Assembly (NCBI GenBank): GCA_012026655.1
Contig: JAAILG010000471.1
Location: 1 to 64,000, forward strand
Origin: Hydrolagus affinis
Taxonomy: Eukaryota
Reading direction: 5' to 3'
Length of the DNA: 64,000 bases
Shown here: in pieces, positions 35,801 to 49,476 of the stretch
Layout of the letters: every line of letters starts with the position of its first letter
How positions within the stretch are numbered: position 1 is the first letter of the stretch
The notes under the pieces: generated by a model
What the model was told of the DNA's origin: nothing
What the model saw: only the letters and a program-made list of their open reading frames with translations
The model's database searches: none
Made by a program: the position numbers and the translations under genes

Positions 35801-38714
35801 GCATCTCAGGAGCCTGGCTCAGCCAGTCAGTCAGTCAGTTGTGGTGAAGCTGGACTCCAGGTTGCTGACTCCATTGCCAGTGGCTGGAGGCAGTCAGTGT
35901 GACCCACACTGACACAGATAGATGGGAGGGCTGGTTCTAGGGCTTGACTGACTGGCTGAGGTTCTCCAAAGGTTCATGTCACAGAGGGGCCTCGAGCAGC
36001 CTGACCAAGCTGACACCATATGAGGCCCATTTACACCAAGCATCGAAACATCCTCTAATAACACTTCAAAGTCTGTTCACACCTTTAACAGACTCCACTG
36101 ACAGATTAACACACTGTGAGAACTGCAGGCTCACTTCACAGTCAAATCACCCTCATTCTGCTCAGGTTCAATAGAATTCTGCCATATCGTAGCCGACCTT
36201 AAAATGTCCCCCACTGACTGACGCACCCTTCTCGTTGAAACAAACTGATGTGAATTGACTTGTGCCCACGTGTTTGGAGCCCACCTGCAATTGTAACTCC
36301 AGCGCGCTGGTGAGATTTGTCTTGATGATTCACATCTGGCAGCGTGGGGCACAGTAGCCCATGCGGTTGCCTGGGGGCCCCGGGGCTATTGCAATTGTGT
36401 CATGAAAACCAATTGAAATCGTCTGCCAGACAACCTAAGCTGCTGGTGGGGTAGGGCGTTCGGTGTGAAGGCCACCTCACCCCAGCCAATTCTGAGGCTG
36501 TTCCGGGCCCACGTTGGCTCCCCTCCAGCCAATGCCTTCATCTCCGAGGTGAGACATCCACCCACTAAGTTCAGTTGCCAAGAGACTAGTTGGTTTCCCG
36601 GAATCGAGCTTCGGATGGGGTCCCCTGGATGCAAAGTCTATCCCTACTTGAGGCCCAGTTGCCTGCAAAACACACTGCCAATCCACTGTGAAGGACTTTG
36701 AGACGTCTTGACGATGCGATAAGGCATTATATCAAATGCAGTCATTATAGTTATTAAAGTCATACTAACTGCTCAGGTATGAGGCGGTCCAGAGTTATTG
36801 TAAAGACTGGCTTTCAGAACAAACACTGCCAGGCCCTTAACCGCAGTTTTGTCGAGACAACAACAAAAAACAAACTATATTTATAGTGTCTTTTACGTCA
36901 GGGGAATGTTGAATTTTGCGAAACAGCACAGGTTGCTTTAGACTGATTTGAACGACAACAAGCAGATCCTGTGCCGATATCAATTGCAATTCAAAACTCC
37001 AAAAAGGCAGTAAATATGTCACGCACTTGATTTAAATCCATCCTTGCCAGTTCTGATTCAGGGGAAGCTTGGGTTTGAGGGAGTGATTGAGAGAGGGAAA
37101 GAGAGAGAGAAAGAGAGATCCAGTTCATTTCAAGTCCTCTTAAATTGACTAATAAATGGGATTTTAATGGGCTTGAAAGTGTAAACGAGGCTTTGGGGAT
37201 ACCACAGTGCTATGGTTCAATGCTCGCAGTGATATAAGCCTGTAGACTCTTCAATCCAGGCATGTTAGGTGCAGAGGATCCGCTCCACCCTTATCCCAGG
37301 CACGTGCCACAGATCAAAGGCAGGCACTGCTCTCCTGCCCCGGCCGTGTTTACTTTGCACTGACGCGTTTATGGGCACCCCATGGTGAGCAGGAAGTTTT
37401 AACACCAGCCCTGCGCTGAAGGTCAGGGCTTATACTCCTGCTTTTCTCTGTGGAGTCGAATCCAGTTACACACGGCACCTTGTCTCGAAAGCCATCCATG
37501 TCATCTTTGACTGAAATAATAATAATAATCCTTGCATTTGGTGCGGCAGCTTGTTACACCATTGCAACGCCTCAAAGCGCTTCACAGAATGTATTGTAAA
37601 ATAGAGTGACTGTATTTTGTGGGTGATATACAGCAGCCAATTGACCACAGCAGTGTCCCACGAGCAGCCATGAAGTACATAAATACACCTCTGGTCAGTC
37701 AAGTGAAATTGGCTCTGTTTTCTATCACGTATGCCTAGAATGACAATCACGACTTGCATTTTATCACAGCCACCTTATTCTTGCACTCTTTTATAATATA
37801 TAAATAATCTATGTCTATATAATATTATTTCAGGGAAATGGGGAAGCCTGTCCCTTCTGTTACATTTCTTGTTACAGAAGCTGATCGCAGCACAGGATTG
37901 TTAGGTTTTGATAAAGAGCTGTTGTTCTCACTGAATGTATCCTCAAGTCTCTGTAATATTCTAGAGAAGAAAAGGAGTAAGCACTTTGGAGGGTAGTTGT
38001 CAACATTGAAGGTCTACCAGTGTGGGCAGACTCCAATTCGACATTCCAATTACTGGGCTTTGGGTTAACTGGGAATACTCTCTGACTTGGTTGAGTCACT
38101 TTTGAAATAGAGACACACACCGACAGGGTTAGGAGACTAGCAGAGGCCAATTAGTGCAAAAGTGTTAATAAGATTTGCACGTACATCAAGGAGTGAGAAC
38201 CGTCAGAATTTGTGTACGTCACTTCACACAGGATAGCGTCTCAGAGCACTGCTCAGTGACAGAGTTGGATATCGAGCAGGAGAGAAGAGGGAGTGAAAGT
38301 TTAGATGAAGTCCCACACTTCTATTGCATTTCCCCTGCAATCTCTTTTAATTGCATGTATCAGGAGTCTAAACACAGTCACGCAATTGATTAAAATGTTT
38401 ACATAATACGTCGCCTTAGATAAGCCAAACTGTAATATTTAACGAACCCACAGACAGCATGGACTGCAATTCACTTTGAACAGACTGCTGACTTCAGCTC
38501 AAATTTTTAATGATTAAATTAAAGAAATGGAGGTAAGCCAGAGAGAAACTGGCAAACAATGACTAGAGTCAAACAAAAACTGTAGTGCCGAGCTTCTTGG
38601 CACCAGAAGTACACAGCAAATTCTAATTTATTTCAATAAATGTATCCCCAAATTATGTTTCAAACAAAACAACTTAAGATTTCCACCATCAGAGAACATT
38701 TAATCTCAATCTGG

Positions 38715-38890
38715 TTGAGAGACCCCTTCAATGCCCACCTTAAGACCTTTCTTTTCAACCATGCGTTTGGTCCCTGTTCCCCTCAGTCTCCCTAGTCGCA
38801 GCTCCGGCTCCCAGTCGACTTTGTGAAGCTCTTTGAGACATTCTTCCGACAGATTTGTACCACTATATAAATATAACATTGTTGCTGTGG
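38715..38890 (+). mobile_element. L2 3' fragment
   Basis: ccttcaatgcccacttaagacctttcttttc ... tatataaatataacattgttgctg. Confidence 0.65.
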
Positions 38891-41469
38891 TTGGTTGCTT
38901 GGGGAAGAATATTGCCTTGAACAGTGGGCGAAATGTCACCTTCCTCAAGGAGTGTTGGCATCCTTCACAAGATGACTTTGGGAAGTCTCTATTGCTCAAT
39001 GCCCACATCTATGGGTGTAATATACAACGCACAAATTGCTCCATTGCTAAGCTTATTTAGTGAGTTTTTCCACCCTCTAGGGTCTGGCAATAATAGAGTT
39101 AAAGGGTACATTACAAGGAGTGGTTGGTGAGACAGTTATTGATCATTATAAACCTTTGGGTCTTGACAATATTAGGTGTGAGGTCACTTATCCACTGGTT
39201 TGTTGGTCTGGAGGAAGATGTTTATCTCACCTGGTGACCTAATAAAGCATCTTGTGATCTGTGTGAACAAAATCGAAGGGAGAGAGAGGAGTTCTGTGCA
39301 TATCAGCTAAAAATGTTTAAGAAGTCACAAAACGCCCAAGTCCATCCTATCGTAGGAAGTAAGATCACTGTATGGTTGAGCTTAGATCAGTCACTATCTC
39401 CCCAACTTGACTGAGTGAATTTTTTTTTAGGAGCTACAATTTACAGTATATTCTGTGAAGCGCTTTGGGACGTTGATAAGATGTGGAAAGCGCTATATCA
39501 AATGCAAGGATTATTATTATTATTATTATTATAATATGATTTTGCCCACAAAATACAGTCAATTCACTTTACAGTATACTCTGTGAAGCACTTTGAGACA
39601 TCTTAATGACATGATGAGGCACTATATTAAAAAATAAGAATTATTATTAATATTATTATCTGTTATGATTGTACAGTTGCCATTTGGATTGATCTATTCT
39701 CAGAGTGTGCAGGATTGTGAATCAGCTCATTGATGCAATGTGAAGACAGATCCATTCTCCAAACTTCTTGCTCAGCCCTAACATTATCTCAACCTTAATA
39801 AACAGATACACAAATAAAACCCTATAATGTTTCAAGTAGGAGTTTTGCAGCGATTCCCTGCTATCTCTTCTTAGACCCTCGCTTATGGAAAACCGAAGGA
39901 AAGCTTAGGAGAAAAGTGCAATCTGCTGGGAGGAAAAGATTGCCATTTTTAGTGACTGGCACATAACAGACCCCAGTGTCAAAACCATTAATCACATCGT
40001 GTGTACGTCACTAAGCATCAATGATAAGCAATGTGGGCATTGGGAGCCTGAACTCACTGCCTCTCCCCAACACAAACCAGACCCAGCATGAAACAAAACT
40101 ATCCCATCAAATCAAGTCAAATGAAATTAAAAGGAAAGAAACAATAATTTAAGGGCAGTAACATAATACGGGGATTCATGTAATGGTTATGGAGGTAGAA
40201 GCTTCAGCCCACGTGATTTATGAAACCCAACTGTATCCCCCAGTTAAATCATTACCCCAGGTACCATCATTCACAATTGAGTCTATTGGAGCTGTTCATT
40301 TGACAAAATGTACGATCTGCGCTTGATTACTGAGGATTTTGCTCTGATTTCTTTTCTATTTCCTTTACCTATTCTTCTACTTTCAACCATCTTGAAACAA
40401 TAATAATCATAATATTAATCCTTGCATTTGATGTAGTGCTTTTGAAATCTTCTAGACGTCTCAAAGCGCTTCATAGAATATATTGTAAAGTGAATTGTAT
40501 TTGTACAAACTGTATTTGTGGGCGAAACGTGGCAGCCAATTGTGCACAGCAGTGTCTCTTGTACTAAGTTTTCTCACTTGCCTGTGCTCTAAACACTGAG
40601 CCACAGGACTCCTCTTGTCCTAAGGCGATTGTTGCTGGGGTATTGTGGTGAGGAGCATTAGATAGCTCGAGCGTTGTTTCTGATTTGAGCTTGGACATCA
40701 GCCCAGTCTGATCTGGACTCATTGGCCCTTGGTGGATTGATTTTCCAGTGGGATTGCTGAACAGAACTCCTGCTCGGGAACGCTGGCTGATTATTTTTTT
40801 CCCCCTCACCCACTACTCTTAATCCTGGGGACATTTAAGTGAATTACGCCTCGCCAATGTAGAAGGAAGGTGCAGACACTGAGCTTGAGTCACTGTCTCC
40901 TGCCACTTAATGGCCCAGATGATAAAAAGCCGTAGGGTGATGCAGTGCATGGGAAATAAAGCCCCATCTCAACATTGCCTGTGACCTGTTGTAAGTGAGA
41001 GCTTGACTGAGATGGTGCAGTTGAAGTCTGCAGACAAAGTGTCTTGGAAGTAAGCAGGGGTGTAGATAACACTTTCAACCACATCCCCAGCGAGCAGCCA
41101 CTGATTTACAACCAGAGCGATCACACAGCTCTGGGCAGACCCACGCCACTGTCTGGTTGTAACAATGGCACCTTTCAGTCCTAGTTCTTAAGTATCCTCC
41201 CACGTAAGGAGTGAAGCCCTACAAATCCCAGTCCTCCAAAAATAATTTGTCTTTGAGACATACAGGGAGTTTTTTTTTCACTCAGTCAGGCTGAAGAGGA
41301 AAATATGCAATACTGGTGGGAGTGGGGGGGGTGGGGGGAGAAATAAGGCAAAATTGTTAAATAATGGTAGAAGGGCTTGTAAGTTCCATAGATTGTGGAG
41401 AAGTTTCTAGTTAGTGATATATGACTGGAACCTAATTTAATTCTGGAAATGGCTCAAACAACAATAAAG

Positions 41470-41752
41470 ATAATAATAATCCTTGCATTTGATATAGTGC
41501 CTTATCATGACTTTAAGACATCTCAAAGTGCTTCACTGGCATACAGTATATAGTAAAGTAAATTGACTATTATGTGGGGCAAAATGGTGCAGCCAATCGT
41601 GCACAGCAGCTTCCCTTTTTAAGGGATTATTACCAGTGGAATCCTCCAATCGACTAACAACTGGGTTCCTACTAATAGCATATAGAATAAGGACACTTGC
41701 CTAAGGTTTCTCCCTGCCTGGGAAACAAAAAAACGGGGCCCTCTTGCTTGCA
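41470..41752 (-). mobile_element. Long-form SINE
   Basis: caatcgactaacaactgggttcctac internal module and shared tail. Confidence 0.7.
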
Positions 41753-42604
41753 ACCATATACTGTATACAGTATAATTAAGAACTAATGTAATTCAGGAAA
41801 TGTTTCAAACAATGCTGGAGTTCATTTAGTTTTTTCTCTTCAAGTTGAAATGAAAGCAAGAACTGGGATTGATTGGTTTATTGATCTGTTAAATCATTAT
41901 TATAATAATAATCATAATTCTTGCATTTGATGCAGTGTCTTATCATGTCTTCTGCACATCTCAAAGCGCTTCACAGAATATATCAAGTGTAAGGATTATT
42001 ATTATTAATATACTGTAAATTTTATGGGCGAAATGTGTAGCCAGTTGCACACAGCAGTCTCCCACAAACAGTCGTGGATTGAATGACCAAATTATTATTT
42101 TTTTTGGAAGGGATTATTACGTACAGAAATAACAACCGTGTTCCTATTTACTGCTCGGTGGATAGTCTTACTTACTCGCTAGCTTGCTTACATACTGTAG
42201 ATAATACAGAAGACACCAACGTGAGATAGAGAGCAGAGCAATTCCCATGAGTGGAGTGGCTTGATTGCTTCTCATGTACAATAAGCAGAATGCGGAGACA
42301 CTTTTCAGTAAACTCCCCTCCGTATCACATGGGTGGAGAGCCCTTTCATACAGTAATTCCCATTATATGTGACCTGCCTTTCACTTCTCTAAAGAAGTGA
42401 CTCACTCGTCACCATGAAAATTCCCTTATCAGGCACAAAGTTAAAAAGTGAAATATAGCTCGGAAATGTGACACATTAATTTCTTTGGCAAGAGGCTGAA
42501 TCCTGTGCCTGGTTTGTTGCTTTAATTAAAATATCTATACGTATATAATTAATAGAAGCAAAGACTGCATGTGGATTATTAAGACTGTCACTGAACAATA
42601 ATTA

Positions 42605-42960
42605 CAATTCTACTATCTAATATAGCACCTTTCACAACGGGAAGATGATTTAAAGTGCTTCACAGGATTTGATGTAAAGTGTACAGATTGTGTATTTGTG
42701 ACCGAATGGACCACACAATTTGCACATAGCAATGCTCGACAAACAGCCATGAAGTGAAACGATTGATTTATCTGTGGGGAATTGTTGGCCAGGATACCTG
42801 AATAGGCAAACGGATCTTCAAGTTAGTGTTCTCATCTGAAGGAAGTCACCGACAGCAATGCAGCACCCTACCCTAGCACAGCACTGGAGCATTAACATAA
42901 ACTGTGTAAGTTCAAAGACCCGAAGTAGGGCTTCAACCCACAACTTTCTGTCTCAGAGCC
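42605..42960 (-). mobile_element. Deu-domain SINE
   Basis: Tail, core and tRNA-like head in reverse; abuts a young SINE. Confidence 0.7.
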
Positions 42961-42970
42961 AAACCTCTGG

Positions 42971-43290
42971 TAATAATAATCCTTGCATTTGATATAGCCT
43001 TTTTCTTATCTTCTAGGTGTCTCAAAGCGCTTCACAGAATATACTGTAAAGTGAATCAACTGTATATTCGCGAAACGCCGCAACCAATTGCGCACAGCAG
43101 TGTCCCACAAGCAGTTGCGGATTGAAGTGACCAAACGATTATTTTATTAAAATTACATTGATAACAAGGGGTTATTATCGGGCGTGTGGAGTAAGAAAAC
43201 TTACCCAAGATTTCTCTCTGGCCGGGAATAGAACCCAGGTCTCAGGTTTGCGAAGTGAACGCTCTAACCACTGAGCTGCAGGAATCCACA
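42971..43290 (-). mobile_element. tRNA-headed SINE (short form)
   Basis: Reverse complement of the family sequence. Confidence 0.88.
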
Positions 43291-43772
43291 ATCTAATATT
43301 TCTGTTCCTCTTGTATACTTAGAATACTGTATAGAACCTGGGATTTTATGTTCTACTTCATTTCCTTGGCCATATTGATCATAACTTATTTGATTCACCT
43401 TTTTAAGGGTCCCGCATCTGGAGTAGATTTATACATTGTTCTGAAAGTTGCTGTGGAAACTGAGCTCACTTTGTCTCAGGGTGTATACTCTAGGCAACCT
43501 TCATCCTGTTGAAATTAGCCTGCGATAGCACAAAATGCAAAGCGTGAGCCAGTAGTGCAGTACACTGTTGTTGCAGCACATGTTAAAAGGATTCCGCTTG
43601 GCGTTACAGGGCGGAGGGGAATGTGATTGTTGTGCTACATAATCACTGCGCTGGATCCTAATCCTGAAATAAATAAGAATTGGTGGAGCGTTATGAATAT
43701 AAATGCCTTTTTTTGGCTATCTGTTTCTCACAGGTTGGTTTATTTTTGGAATACCCTTAGGCTAACTAGGTA

Positions 43773-43979
43773 AAGTAAAAGCCCATTTATCTGGCCTCCG
43801 GTCTACCGCAACTTCCGTATAACTGGCACCTCAAAAAAAGTCCGCATTCGATTAACCAGAATTTATCCTGAAAAATGCATTTAAAACATTTTGGGGGGCG
43901 TTTTTGGCTGAATATCCAGGACGCGCTGTAACCGGCATTGGCCAGGTCCTGAGGGTGCCGGATAAACAGGCTTTTACTG
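43773..43979. mobile_element. MITE, Tigger/pogo-like (Tc1/mariner superfamily)
   Basis: TIRs aagtaaaagcccatttatctggc / gccggataaacaggcttttactg, flanked by TA on both sides. Confidence 0.75.
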
Positions 43980-44419
43980 TAACTTGTTAATGAGAAAGAT
44001 TTGTAGATTCATCAACTACCTATAGGATATTGGTGCCCCCCCACCACCCCCACAAGAAACATTTGCCGTTGAATGGTGCAGCTTATTTTGATAGCAACTG
44101 AGCCACAATCATTATACTTTGAGTCTTCCTGACATGAAAGATTGTATCAAATGTAATGATTATTATTATTGTACAGAGTGGAAAGGTCCCAAGTTATTCA
44201 GATATTTAATTTCTCTGTGTCTAAGGTTCTCGCTGCCTCCTTGTCCACCTGAACCTTCTTCCACCTCCGCCACATTGCCCCCTCCCCACTGAGGAATAAC
44301 AATGAGGAATGAATATTTGACCAGGACATTGGGAAAAACCCATTTTCTTCCTTGAAGTAGTGCAATGGTGAGCAGACATTGCTTTCAAAGCAGTCATTTG
44401 GGAAGAATGGAATAAACAT

Positions 44420-44725
44420 TTGTCCTTTGGATGAGATGTTAAACCAAATAAGATCCTGTCTGCCTGTTCAGATAGAACCCTGCTTAAACTCCATGGCACA
44501 ATTTGAAATGAGAAGGGAGTTTCTCTCTCCTGGTGTTCTGGCTAACAATCTCCCAAATAAAGTTGGTCACCTGCTGCATTGCTGTTTGTGGGATATTGAA
44601 GTGCGCAATTGCATTTGCCTACTAATACACAGTCACTCTATTTCACAGTAAACTTTCTGAGATATCTAAGATAACTTTCTGATGTGATACGGTGCTATAC
44701 CAAATGCAAGGATTATTATTGTTAT
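44420..44725 (+). mobile_element. Deu-domain SINE (5' truncated)
   Basis: cctttggatgagatgttaaacc ... ccatggcacaatttgaaatgagaagggag ... (TTA)n. Confidence 0.75.
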
Positions 44726-46419
44726 TACATGGAACCCAAAGTTTAGCAAATCTTGAGTTACGGTTATGTGATCAGAATACTTTAAACTTAAATGCAACAT
44801 GTAGAGATTACTTTCACGTATATGCTTAATAATAATGCCTGCATTTGAAATAGTGCTGTATCACATCTTTGAGACACCTCCAAGCGCTTCTCCGATTGTA
44901 CTGTAAAGTGAATTAACTGTATATTTTGTGGGCAAATTGGGGGCTTCTATTCTTGACAGATCAAACTTGCTTTATATAGAAAAACAAGTCATGTGTGGTC
45001 CTGTTATTTTTTGCCGTCTAAAAAAAACCACATGGTGCCAAATAAACCACGATAGCGTATTATAAATATTTTCCACATGGAAAATGTCTAAAATGAAATT
45101 CAATTATTCAAAAATTAATAAACATTTGTCAGATTAACTCTGGAGATTTAACAGAAACCGCAGCGTTTGGTTGCAGCTCCAATCGAGTGTTTTCTTTCAA
45201 ATCCCGGAGAGGGTCGGATGAGTGTTATAGAATAGTGCAGGAGGAAATTTGGCCTATTATACCTGTGGTGGCTCTTTCAAAGACCTGCCTAATTAGGTCC
45301 TACACAGCCTCTCATTTGCAACCTCAACTGAGATCGGCTAAATTCACATAGGTACTGGGACCCTTCACGTCAGTGGGATGTAGTTTCATTCCACCAGACA
45401 CTGGCATCAGTAACTGAGCAGTTGTGAATCCGCTCTTTAGTTTAAGTGCTGTTAACAGTTTCTAACAAACCAATTTAGGGCAAACAACACACTGTGTCAG
45501 GTCCTTCTTTCGGACGAGAACATTTATAAACTGGAGAAAAGAGGAACAATTGCGGGAAGTCCGAAAGCACAAAAACTGGACTGCAAGCTGTAAATTCTGT
45601 ATGAATCTACTCGGGGAGGGGGGAAACTTAGTTTCTGTAAATAGAAATGTGACCTGAAGGCGGCGAGGGCAGGCTCCTTTCAAAATGCAGATAATAAAGA
45701 CTGAAATGTTGCAAAAACATTGAGGTTCAAAGCAATTTGTTCCTCTGTCAAGAATGGCACTCTTTAGCCCTTGGCTACATTCCCCTCACAATATAAAACA
45801 GAATCCTTGGATTTTAAGATGAAAATCGTTATTTTACAATAAAATACAAGAAACTCAGTGCTCTGAGGTTGGTGCTCTCCCATTGATTTATGGAGCTGGG
45901 CTCCATATATGTGATTAACAGAGCATAACATAGTACATATAGGGAAGAAGGCCAAGTCTCAACTGAGCTTTTTGAAGCAAATGTTTTATTCGCTCAACAT
46001 TTGATATATATACATCTTTATATATATATTCAGAAAATGTTCCCCGCAAACTTATTTCTTAAAAAAAACGCACGCGTGCTTATAATGTGCCTATATTTGT
46101 TGTAAAACTGCACAATGTCAAATGCTACAGAGCAATGTGACACATCTATACACTAGGGCCCTTAAATATGAACTCAATTGATTTAGAAGATCCACCAAGA
46201 TGATTCAATATGTCTCCCTGAGAGGTAACAAACACAGGGGAGTTTTATTAAATTAGGTTTCATTGATCCCCTGAACCCTTTTTAACTTTGCCAGTGAGTG
46301 AGCAAATTTGTTCAAGGAAATGCATTTTCGACTGGTTTTGTCAACTATAGGTTTGAAAAAATAACTTACCCAACGCAGTAATTGAATAAGTACATAACAG
46401 CTTACTGCTGCTTCTAATA

Positions 46420-46810
46420 GCAATCTTTTGCATTTGATACAGCGCCTTATCACATCATCAAACTGTCTCAAAGCACTTCACAGGATTTACTGTAAAGCGT
46501 TGCGATTGTATATTTGAAGGCAACTGTAGCAGCCAATTTGCGCACAGCAATGTCTCATAAACAACCGTGAAAGGAACGACCAATTTTGTGTGTGGGATGA
46601 TTGCTGTTCGGGATATCTCCCGGGAGAAACTCCCTTCACTTTTTCCAATAGTGTCACGGAATCTTTGATGCCTATGTGAACTGGAAGATGGGAACCCCAG
46701 ATTAATAATGTGTCACCCCAAGGACATCAACTGTGACAATGCAGTGCCCTCCCAGCACTGTACTGCTTCTGCCTAGAATGTAAGCGCAAGTCCCAACACG
46801 GGTTAGGATT
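46420..46810 (-). mobile_element. Deu-domain SINE
   Basis: Reverse tail and core (ggagaaactcccttc ... atagtgtcacggaatctttga). Confidence 0.7.
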
Positions 46811-47899
46811 TAATGTGTGTGTACGTGGTTCATATTTATGGCAAAAGATTGAGAGGAAAGTGTCTCACCCTATTTCTTTACCATCAGGAAAAGGTTTTCC
46901 AATCAAATCATCCGTTATTGAGAAGAAAACCGAGAAACCTAACAACGAAATACACAGACAAATGACTCCAAACAGTGGTGGAATCACTCGTGTGACAGAG
47001 AAACCTTGATCCTTCGACACAGCTGCGGCACACTTCAGCGCGAAGCACTGCACAATTCCCACCGGCAATATTTCCATATAAATACTTACAAATCGTCCCA
47101 TTTGGTTCCATTATCCACTTACGTTCTGGCTTTCATCCAACGGAGAGCAAACTCAGGGACTTGCTATTTCTGACCTGGGCCATGTAAATACAGCTGAACA
47201 ATTGTTGATTTATTCGGTACATTTGTCATATTAGCTTGTCCCACACAATATACTCTTATGTATTATCTCTAACATCATGGCCCAGGTACAATTCTGCAAT
47301 GCTGTCTTTTGACAGATTTATTAGCATGCCCTTGTAAAATTCAATTAAGTGTTCAAGGTTTCACGAGTGCTATTTGTGCTTATCTGCCCATCAATTGCAC
47401 AGATAGCCCTCTCCGACCGCTAATTCTTTCTAACCTCATTAAAATACCGTACTAATTCCAAAAGATTATGACACCGGTAGAACCAAAATGACTCTTGATA
47501 TTGATTGCCTACCAGTCACTCGTTTACCTGCAAAATAGATGCAATATCTATTGAGCAGAGAGAAACAAAATCGACTCTTTTTTTGCCTATCACTGGGCTT
47601 AAACCTTTCTGATGTAAGGTAAAGAGTAAAATCAAACTTGCTGTTTGTTTAACTCTCTTTGTTATTATTGTTCCCCATGGGTTATTTTAATATGGTATTA
47701 ACTTATTAATTCATAGGGAATAATTATCACAAAGAGAGTTAAACTGTGAGTTAGAATTTCCCACTAAATAAAAACCAAACCTTTCCAATGACGTGCTAAT
47801 GATCACGTCACCTGCCCCCTCCCCAAATACTATAAATAATTACTCGCCGCAAAGCTATCTAATAAACAATTGTAAATTATTGCTTGATGTGCCCCCCTT

Positions 47900-48251
47900 C
47901 GCACTCCATTCCTTAGCACCCCTCTATACCTCTTTCCTCCTCTCTCTTCACAGCAGTACTAGCTGCCTCTGCTCTACTAGGTATGGCCTCCTCTTTAACC
48001 CTCCAAATCTTCCGCTCCACCATCGGCAGCCGTGCCTTCAGGCTCTACACCCAGAAACTTTGGAACTCCCATCCTCAATTTCTTTGCTCTGCCTTCTCCT
48101 TCTACATCATCAGGTCACATCTGAAGACCTCTCTCTTCAACTGCCCTCCTTCCCACTCCCCTCTGGCTCTGTCTTGGGCTCTGCCATTGTCAAGTGCTCT
48201 GAGACCCTGCCCTGCTTGAGTGTGCTATATAAATTCAAGTTGTTGTTGTTG
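47900..48251 (+). mobile_element. L2 3' fragment
   Basis: STIGSRAFRLYTQKLWNS...HLKTSLF ORF2 end and (TTG)n. Confidence 0.85.
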
Positions 48252-49437
48252 CTTAACTGAAAAGTGTATCATACAAGAACATTTACTTTTATATACTTTC
48301 AATGCCTTGGGATATCCTCCCAATGTGAAAAGTGCTATACAAATGTAATTTTCTTTGTGTACAGTGCCTCCCATAATGAGAGTGTCTCAAAGTGCTTCAC
48401 AGTGCTGGAAGAACATCTGAGTGGGGGCCTTGGTTCTTGATGTTTCCTAATATCACGTTGATGAGATAGTGCTATTAATCTCCAAAGTTCTTACTACCGT
48501 GTCCCACTTTGAGTCTTCATCCAGAGACAACAGAATAAATTATGCCTCCTACTACCTTTGGTTTCTTCTGTTATACGTTTCATGTATGTTTACTCCACTG
48601 GCCTGTACCAATCCTCCCCAAGGTTTGATGGGCACAAAATGATTGCAGTTGGATTTGGAAAAAGTTGTGTTCTCTCCTTGCGCAGTTGTTCCTCCATTGC
48701 CATTCCAGCTATAGATTCCTTCCCGTAAGTGAAACGGGAACTGGCGACCTTTTAACTCAGAAACTAGAGTGCTTCTAACTTTGTGGGCAAAACTGGAAGC
48801 CATGTCAGATATAACGGTAGATTTGTGCTTTGAATTGGGGGTTAGTAGCCAAGTTTGCACACTCAGAAATTGCTGCCGTTGCAGTCTTGCCAATAACATG
48901 GGGAAGGTTGCAGTGAAAGCCATTGTATCTCATATATGCTGTGATATTGTTCCCCACAGCTAGGCAAAAACTATCTGCTCATAAACGTAATGGCACCATT
49001 ATTTCTAAAGATACTGAAGTTCCACAGAGGTGGTCAGTTTCAGGAATGTGCGTTCTGTGTACTCCCGCCTCTGACTTCTGCCCTTTGCCCTTACGGATCA
49101 CAGAGACAACACTCAGGGGTGAAGAGAGCAGGTCAACACTGAGACCACACACTTCCATTCCTGATATTGACCTCTCCTGGAAAAAAAAGCAAATCACATG
49201 GTACCAGGAAGAACATTCAATGAGTAAAGGCAACTTATCTTTTAACTATACATAAGGGAAAACAATTTACATCATCCCACACGCACTTACACACACACAC
49301 ACACATCACTGCAGTGTATGTGTAGCTTTAATCCTATTCAGGTCGTGATCTGGTACTTTTCGCTCTGCCTATTTCACTGAGAGTGAGAGTGGTTCACTCC
49401 AGGAATTAAAATGGTCCCTCCTAATGGTGGTGGTGGG

Positions 49438-49476
49438 ACACATACACACACACATACACACACACACACACACACA
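49438..49476. repeat. (CA)n microsatellite (others at ~21496 and ~49288)
   Basis: Dinucleotide run. Confidence 0.9.

Noticed and set aside
46815-47160. Overlapping 64-78 aa ORFs in unique sequence
   Set aside because: No recognisable domain, stops in the extended frames, and no convincing splice-site pair.
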